This document shows positions 57,885 through 64,000 of a DNA stretch of 64,000 bases, piece by piece. The position numbers and the translations under genes are program-made. The stretch spans positions 1,248,001 to 1,312,000 of the forward strand of contig OY761159.2 in the NCBI GenBank assembly GCA_963664395.2, read 5' to 3'. Every line of letters starts with the position of its first letter. Position 1 is the stretch's first letter. The notes below the pieces were generated by a model. That model had not been told where the DNA came from. It was given only the letters and a program-made list of their open reading frames with translations, and made no database searches. This DNA is from Candidatus Binatia bacterium (GTDB lineage Bacteria; Desulfobacterota; Binatia; Bin18).

Positions 57885-59609
57885 ATGGCTGAATATGACG
57901 TACTTATCCAAGGTGGTACCGTCGTCGATGGTTCCCGCACCCCACGCTTTATGGGTGACGTTGGGATCAAAGATGGCAAGATTGCGAAGATCGAACCGAA
58001 TGGCAAGCTCAATCCGAGCGATGCCAAAAAAACGCTGGACGCGAACGGGTTGGTCGTCGCGCCGGGCTTTATCGATCTACACACCCACTACGATGCCCAG
58101 ATTAACTGGGACCCCTACGTCACGCTGTCTGGCTGGCACGGGGTAACCTCGATTGTGCTCGGCAACTGTGGGTTTGGTTTCGCTCCGATGAAACCCGAGA
58201 TGCGCGAGCGAGCCATGCTGACCATGTCACGTGTCGAAGCTATTCCGTACGAGTCCATGAAAGCCGGCATAAAGTGGGACTGGGTCACGTTCCCAGAGTG
58301 GATGGACTTCCTTGACCAAACTCCCAAAGGGGTAAACGTCCTGAGCTTTGTTCCCATTGCACCGATTATGATCTGGACCATGGGGCTCGAAGCGGCCAAG
58401 AGTCGTCCGGCTACAGACAAAGAAAAACAAACCATGTGCCAGATTCTGAGTGAATCCCTGGACGCCGGTGGTTGTGGATTCTCGGCTCAGCGTCTGGGTG
58501 ATGGCTTTGTGTCTGTCCAGCGCGACTACGACGGCACCCCGATGGTGACGGACACCATGGCGGACGAAGACATGCTCGCCTTTGGGCGGGTGTTGAAGGA
58601 ACGGGGAGAAGGTTTCATCCAGCTCACCCAATCCAGCCCCGATTTTGAAGCTGATATGAGATTCTACGACCGTCTGGCCGATGACTGCGGTCGACCGATT
58701 CTGTTTAATGCCACGGCCACGCGTGACGACCGACCGAGTATCCATCGCCGTATCCTGCGTTGGATGGAAAAGACCAACAAAGCCGGGCGCAAGATCTACA
58801 ACCAGACTGCGGTCATGCGCCAGGGGTTGTACTTCAGTTTTGCCGATATGTCAGGATTGTTCGACGGGAATGATGTCCTGCGTGAAGTGACCATGGGCAC
58901 GCCAGCCGAACGGCTTGAAAAGCTCAAAAACCCCGCCATTCGCCAGGCTTTGGTCGCAGAATATGATACCGGACATACGCCGGTCGTGACCGGATCGCTC
59001 AAAGACTTCACGGTTGAAACCGTGAAGAGCGAGAAGTTCGAAAAGTTCATTGGCAAGACGGTCGAAGAAGTCGCCAAGATGGAGAACAAGCATGTCATAG
59101 ACGCGATGTTCGATATTGCGGTTGAGGAGAATCTGGAAACCGAATTCTATACCCCCGCTCGCAACGTCCGTGAGGACTATGTGTCCGAGCTGATGTCTTC
59201 CCCGTACAGTATGGCTGGGGTGTCAGACGGTGGTGCGCATACCAAGTTCATTACCCTTGGTGCCTACCCGACTGATATGTTGAGCTGGATGGTGCGCGAC
59301 GCTGGCTTTATGAGCCTCGAAGAAGCCCACTATCGCCTGAGCGCTATGCCGGCCCAGTGCGCCGGCTTCCAAGATCGTGGCGTCCTGAGCGAAGGTGCAC
59401 GGGCAGATGTGGTCGTCTACGATCTTGAGAACTTGAAGCTCACCCCGGAGAAGCCAAAGGTCGTTCACGACTTTCCAGGGGGCGAGTGGCGGCGCGTCCA
59501 GTACGCCGAAGGCTATCGCTGGATTATGGTGAATGGCGACGTCACCTTTGAGGACGGCAACTGCACCGGCGCGACCCCGGGCCACCTGCTGCGCCACGGC
59601 AGAGACTAA
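57885..59609 (+). CDS. N-acyl-D-amino-acid deacylase-like amidohydrolase (paralog of 45651-47393)
   Basis: APGFIDLHTHYD, SVQRDYDGTPM.TD, SDGGAH, EWRRVQ.AEGY. Confidence 0.9.
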   Translation: MAEYDVLIQGGTVVDGSRTPRFMGDVGIKDGKIAKIEPNGKLNPSDAKKTLDANGLVVAPGFIDLHTHYDAQINWDPYVTLSGWHGVTSIVLGNCGFGFAPMKPEMRERAMLTMSRVEAIPYESMKAGIKWDWVTFPEWMDFLDQTPKGVNVLSFVPIAPIMIWTMGLEAAKSRPATDKEKQTMCQILSESLDAGGCGFSAQRLGDGFVSVQRDYDGTPMVTDTMADEDMLAFGRVLKERGEGFIQLTQSSPDFEADMRFYDRLADDCGRPILFNATATRDDRPSIHRRILRWMEKTNKAGRKIYNQTAVMRQGLYFSFADMSGLFDGNDVLREVTMGTPAERLEKLKNPAIRQALVAEYDTGHTPVVTGSLKDFTVETVKSEKFEKFIGKTVEEVAKMENKHVIDAMFDIAVEENLETEFYTPARNVREDYVSELMSSPYSMAGVSDGGAHTKFITLGAYPTDMLSWMVRDAGFMSLEEAHYRLSAMPAQCAGFQDRGVLSEGARADVVVYDLENLKLTPEKPKVVHDFPGGEWRRVQYAEGYRWIMVNGDVTFEDGNCTGATPGHLLRHGRD

Positions 59610-59636
59610 GCCTCACCTACCAATAACGCACTAACC

Positions 59637-59670
59637 AAAAAGGGGCAGGATTTTTCCTGCCCCTTTTTTT
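59637..59670. terminator. Bidirectional rho-independent terminator
   Basis: AAAAAGGGGCAGGA-TTTT-TCCTGCCCCTTTTTTT between convergent genes. Confidence 0.88.
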
Positions 59671-59692
59671 ATTTCGACTTTCCAAAACCCTA

Positions 59693-60829
59693 CTAATCCT
59701 GCGCTTGAGAAGGCCGTGGAAACCCCTGAATAGCAACAACCGTCCTATCCGCGTCCTGCCAACGCGGATGAGCAAAACCCAGATTCGCCACATAGAGTAT
59801 GCCCGCGCGGATCACCAGGCTGGCATTGCCGTCCAGCGGTGCGGAGTGCTTATTCGCGACGACCACCCGCCGACTGCCGTCAGGCGACAGGCCAATAATT
59901 TCGTTCCGAAAAATCTCTGAAATGTAAATATTGCCCTCCTCATCCAGGGCAATACCGTCGAGAAGGCTATGTCCACGGGATACGACAACCGGCTCTCCAG
60001 CACTGCCATCCGGCTGAATGGGAATCCGGAGGACGAGCGGGTCGCCACTTGTGGCCGCGTAAACATTCCGCTGCCCTGCGTCAAGGACAAGGACATTCAC
60101 CCCAAGCGGGAAGCCGGAATACGGCGCTGCCGACCAGTGGAGAAGCGGATGTTCCGACCACAATGTGACCGTACCGTCCAGCCTAATTTTCCAAATCCCG
60201 GCATACGTCAAATCAGCCAGGTAGATGTTCCCCACGTCATCAATGTCAACATCATCGGGAAAGCAAAATGGCCAACCGTCTCCGCGGGTGGCCACGGGCG
60301 TGACTTCGCGCGTCTCGGCATCAATCCGATAGACCCCACTCGTCACATCGGTCGCATCCCGGCAGGCAGGGTGGCGCGGGTCGCCGACACGGTCGTACTT
60401 GGAGCGAGCTTTGTACGCCACGTATAAGTTGTCATCTTTGTCTGAGGCAATACCGAGGACGTGCCCCTTCCCACTGTCCGCTTCAGCGGGAACCCAGGCA
60501 ATGTGGACGTATTGCCCGTCCTCTTTGAGTTGCACGATCTCACCGGTATGGAACAGCGAGGCATAGAGATTCCCTTGGGTATCCACCCCGATTCCCTCCG
60601 GGGTATCGGGCAACTGCGTATACACCCTGGCATTAAAGGCTTCAGTAGACGCTTCCGCCACGGCTTGCGGCACGCCGTCCTCTACCGCTTGGATTTCCTG
60701 GATTTCCTGGATTTCCTGGATTTCTTGCGCCCCTAAGTCTACCGCTTGGATTTCTTGCGCCCGCACGTCGTGAGCTACAATCCCAACTCCCAGCAGCAGT
60801 ATGCTCAGCATGTCCAGTGTTTTTTGCAT
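59693..60829 (-). CDS. Exported SMP-30/gluconolactonase-like beta-propeller
   Basis: Signal peptide; PEGIGVD..GN, FPDD.DIDD.GN, DGIALDEEGN. Confidence 0.82.
   Translation of the reverse strand: MQKTLDMLSILLLGVGIVAHDVRAQEIQAVDLGAQEIQEIQEIQEIQAVEDGVPQAVAEASTEAFNARVYTQLPDTPEGIGVDTQGNLYASLFHTGEIVQLKEDGQYVHIAWVPAEADSGKGHVLGIASDKDDNLYVAYKARSKYDRVGDPRHPACRDATDVTSGVYRIDAETREVTPVATRGDGWPFCFPDDVDIDDVGNIYLADLTYAGIWKIRLDGTVTLWSEHPLLHWSAAPYSGFPLGVNVLVLDAGQRNVYAATSGDPLVLRIPIQPDGSAGEPVVVSRGHSLLDGIALDEEGNIYISEIFRNEIIGLSPDGSRRVVVANKHSAPLDGNASLVIRAGILYVANLGFAHPRWQDADRTVVAIQGFPRPSQAQD
60681..60762. repeat. 9-bp in-frame repeat x4 (QEI) inside a duplicated AQEIQAV unit
   Basis: (GGATTTCCT)3 + GGATTTCTT at 60691-60726; TCTACCGCTTGGATTTC at 60681 and 60738. 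Confidence 0.85.
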
Positions 60830-60852
60830 TGTGGTGCGTCGCCTCTCAATCG

Positions 60853-63597
60853 TTATACCAACTCGGCAAGAAGGGCTTGGGCGGCTTGAAAGTCCCGCAT
60901 CGTACGCCCTTCAGTAAACCAATCGGCGGTCTCTGTCAGCACCCGCCGCGCACTCTCTCGTTTGCCCTGTTTGGACCACTGCTGAGCCAAGCTCGTCGCC
61001 GCCCGCAACTCCCACGACTTGGCGCCTTGTTGACGAGCAACAAAAAGGGCCTTCTGAAAGCAACTTTCTGCCTCACTGTTTGATCTGGGAGTGCTCGTCT
61101 GGGCCGAGGGCCTGTTTGCGTCCCGCACCAGCAGCAGCTCCCCCCGCAATCGATATAATTCCGCTTCCGAGAAACGCTCTGCACTGGTGTTGACAACCGC
61201 CAGCGCCTCATCCAGGAGGGCTAAGCCCTTTTCAGTCCGTCCGAGCTTTCCGTACTGCTCGGCCAGAAGCCCGAGGAAGTAGGGGCGGAGGAGTTCCGCT
61301 CCGGTGGCACACCAGGCGGCAATCACCTTTTGCAGTTGCTCAACCGGCGCTTCGTCGTGCGATTGGGCGGCCGTAGCCCAATCTCGGAAGATCGTCCCGA
61401 TCATCTCCCAATCGGGGAAGCCGCACTGTTGGGCGAGTGCAATCCCGGCTGCGGCACGCTCATATGTCACCTCTGCTTCGCGCCGGAGCTGATGGAGAAA
61501 GCCCGTCCAGTTCAAGGCCACCGCCAGACTGAGACTCTGCTGGTGGGCTTCCTCTTCTGCCCGTGCCAGCGCCTCTCGGCTCTTCTGCAGGGCCTGTTCC
61601 GGATAGCCCAGGACCCATAAGGCCAGCGTCTCATATAACAAGCAGATGGTTCGTGGGTCTGTGCCGTATTGAAACGCCAGGGCTTTGTGGTGTTCTGGAT
61701 TATGCAGGGCAACGGCTTTTTGTAAGTGCTCTCGCGCATGGGGGAGCACTCCTTTTTGGAAGATCAGCTCGGCCTCCACGAGTTGAGCCAGACCCCGTGC
61801 GAGCCGCTGTTCATCAGACGGCCAGACCGCCCGGATCAGTGCATACGAAAAGGCCCGACCAAGCACGGCGCCGACTTGGGCAACATCCCGGGCGGTGTTG
61901 CTGAGTTGGTCAAGCCGGGCCATTAATGAATCCTGAAGCGTGCTAGGAATAGCGCCGGTGGGCGAAGGAGCCCCTCTCCCACCGTTTTCGGACAGGCCGG
62001 CCTCGATAATGGTTTTGGTCAGCTCTTCAACAAAGAGCGGGACGCCATCAGTCTGAGCTGCGATATGTTCCACCATGGGCTGGGGAAGTCGCTGGTCGTG
62101 GGCGACGTAGGCAATGAGGTCCTCAACTGGCCGACGCTCCAGACGGTTCAGCGTCAGCAAGTACAGAGAGGGCCGAGGGGGCCACGGAGAAATAAATTCC
62201 GATGAACGAAAGACCAGGAGTACGAAGAGATGGAGCGCGGCGGCCCGCTCGATGAGCATCTGCACAAGATCAAGCGTCGAAGGATCAGTCCAATGCAGGT
62301 CTTCCCACACAATGAGGAGAGGCCGCTCCTCCGATTCTTCAGCCAGCCACGTAACCAAGGCTTCCTGCGTCTTTTGTCGCTGTTGCTCCGGACTCGGCTT
62401 GAGCGGAGCGTAGCGTTCGGGCAGCGCCAAGGCCAATAAAGACGCAAACAGGGCCACACTCTCCTGCGGCAGACGGCGATAGCCTTCCAGGGCGGTCTCT
62501 AAACGGCGAAACTTTTCTTCTTCGGGTTCATCTCCTTGGAACTGCAACCAGCGTTGGAGATGGTCGATCACCGAATAAAAGGCCGTGTTGCGCGCATAGG
62601 ACGAACAGCGGAATTCTCTGCGCGCCTCGCCCGCTTTGGCGACCTGCTCTTTGAGTTCTTGGACCAGGCGAGATTTACCAATGCCCGGCTCTCCACTCAG
62701 CAGCACGACTTGTCCCTCTCGGACCTTGGCCTGCTCCCAACGTTGCTGAAGGAATTCGAGTTCTTCCGCGCGGCCAACCAGGGGAGTCAATCCCGCTGCA
62801 AGAGCCACTTCAAACCGGCTTTGCGCGCCTTCTTCTCCAATGACTTGGTAGACCGAGATGGGAGTCGCCTTGCCTTTGAGCGCATGCGGCCCGAGCGTGT
62901 GGCACTCAAAAAAGCCTTCCACGAGTCGATAGGTTGCCGCACTCATCACGGCGGTATTTGCTTTGGCAATCGATTGGAGGCGCGCAGCAATATTCGGAGT
63001 CTCACCGAGCGCGAGGTGTTCGTGCCGCTCGCCGGCACCCATGTCGCCCACCACGACCTGTCCGGTGTGAATACCAATCCGCAGCCGAATCCGCGGCGCG
63101 CCTTTTCCATTCTTACGGAGAGACGGCAAGCGCCCTGTTTGCCGGAGCTGGCTATTCATATGATTCAGCTGCGCAAGAATGCCCAAGCCTGCTTTCACCG
63201 CACGTACAGCAGCATCTTCGTGGGCAATCGGATAGCCAAAATAGACCAGAAGCCCGTCGCCAAGATATTGGGCGATATAGCCGTCGAAACGTTGAATAAC
63301 TCCAGCGCAGGTATCTTGATAGGTCTGAACAATGTCTCGCCACTCCTCGGGGTCAAGTTGGCCGGCGAGTGCCATTGATCCCACAATGTCGCAGAACATG
63401 ACCGTCAGCTGTCGCCGGCCGGCATGCGGGTCAGGCGCGGGTGGTCGATTTTGCTGAGGTGGCTCTGGCGTTGACTGCGCTGACGACAAGGCGGCCGTTT
63501 CACCAACCGGACGGACCGGCAGAGGAATTCCACATTCGTCACAAAACTTTGCTCCCGTACGGTTGGCTTGCCCACAATTCGGGCACTGCATAGACAT
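60853..63597 (-). CDS. Zinc ribbon + class III adenylate/guanylate cyclase + STAND AAA ATPase + TPR protein, with probable internal in-frame deletion
   Basis: CPNCG..CDECG, RRQLTVMFCDIVGS, YLGDG, GETPNIAARLQ, GEPGIGKSRL, EDLHW.D. The F.HAL region is absent. Confidence 0.88.
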   Translation of the reverse strand: MSMQCPNCGQANRTGAKFCDECGIPLPVRPVGETAALSSAQSTPEPPQQNRPPAPDPHAGRRQLTVMFCDIVGSMALAGQLDPEEWRDIVQTYQDTCAGVIQRFDGYIAQYLGDGLLVYFGYPIAHEDAAVRAVKAGLGILAQLNHMNSQLRQTGRLPSLRKNGKGAPRIRLRIGIHTGQVVVGDMGAGERHEHLALGETPNIAARLQSIAKANTAVMSAATYRLVEGFFECHTLGPHALKGKATPISVYQVIGEEGAQSRFEVALAAGLTPLVGRAEELEFLQQRWEQAKVREGQVVLLSGEPGIGKSRLVQELKEQVAKAGEARREFRCSSYARNTAFYSVIDHLQRWLQFQGDEPEEEKFRRLETALEGYRRLPQESVALFASLLALALPERYAPLKPSPEQQRQKTQEALVTWLAEESEERPLLIVWEDLHWTDPSTLDLVQMLIERAAALHLFVLLVFRSSEFISPWPPRPSLYLLTLNRLERRPVEDLIAYVAHDQRLPQPMVEHIAAQTDGVPLFVEELTKTIIEAGLSENGGRGAPSPTGAIPSTLQDSLMARLDQLSNTARDVAQVGAVLGRAFSYALIRAVWPSDEQRLARGLAQLVEAELIFQKGVLPHAREHLQKAVALHNPEHHKALAFQYGTDPRTICLLYETLALWVLGYPEQALQKSREALARAEEEAHQQSLSLAVALNWTGFLHQLRREAEVTYERAAAGIALAQQCGFPDWEMIGTIFRDWATAAQSHDEAPVEQLQKVIAAWCATGAELLRPYFLGLLAEQYGKLGRTEKGLALLDEALAVVNTSAERFSEAELYRLRGELLLVRDANRPSAQTSTPRSNSEAESCFQKALFVARQQGAKSWELRAATSLAQQWSKQGKRESARRVLTETADWFTEGRTMRDFQAAQALLAELV

Positions 63598-63658
63598 GCT
63601 CCCCTGTCCCTGGCTTTTGCTGATGTATCCCGAGAGGTTGACGAAGCCGAGTTCCCCC

Positions 63659-64000
63659 TTACCACTCAATAGTCGCTGGACCTCCCTTGTATAAGGTCCG
63701 GACATAGGCGATTACTTTCCAGGCTTCCTCTTCGGTGATCACCCCGCCGTAACTGGGCATTTTATTGCGCCCGGTCATGACCTGCGACATCACCCGGATA
63801 TCACTGCCCGTGCCCTCTTTCCACGCCTCATCCGTTAAGTCAGGTCCCATCCCTCCCCCGCCCCGTAAGCCGTGGCAGCTATAGCAATTCAGCTCCTTGT
63901 AGAGTTCTTCGCCCTCGATGATTGCCTCTGGATTACCCGTATACGGATTGAGCTTTGCCAGTCCGCTGGCCACTGCTTGCCCAGCCTCACCCCGGGCCTC
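63659..64000 (-). CDS. Class I c-type cytochrome (cL/c550-like), 5' end outside the window
   Basis: NPY.GN.EAI.EG, CYSCH, GGGMGPDLTD..W, MPSY. Confidence 0.85.
   Translation of the reverse strand, partial: EARGEAGQAVASGLAKLNPYTGNPEAIIEGEELYKELNCYSCHGLRGGGGMGPDLTDEAWKEGTGSDIRVMSQVMTGRNKMPSYGGVITEEEAWKVIAYVRTLYKGGPATIEW

Overview
A GC-rich bacterial chromosome segment. Gene content suggests a deltaproteobacterial/Binatota-type, possibly host-associated organism (inference only). Bases 1-21.5 kb hold mostly housekeeping genes: groEL without groES, dacA, merR-type regulator, ihfA, pheST, rplT-rpmI-infC-thrS, tRNA-Val, rplI-rpsR-priB-like-rpsF, pth-rplY-prs-tRNA-Gln-ispE and suhB. The pheS-pheT pair sits at its usual locus but is inverted and looks foreign. 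Bases 27-37 kb are an envelope locus: three signal peptide-AMIN-Pro linker-TPR paralogs surround a TetR-divergent DUF1329-DUF1329-DUF1302 operon, whose 1.33-kb duplication breakpoint can be located exactly. Bases 37.4-39.8 kb are a segment bounded by MITE/REP-type inverted ends. It carries a decayed secreted repeat-domain protein gene, a nested 226-bp MITE with an 8-bp target duplication, and the clipped 3' end of a paralog. Bases 40-64 kb are a catabolic accessory region (LLM oxidoreductases, amidohydrolases, CoA-transferase, thiolase/DUF35, SMP-30, GlcG, SnoaL) with many pseudogene scars and in-frame microsatellites in exported paralogs. No CRISPR array, rRNA or intact transposase was seen.
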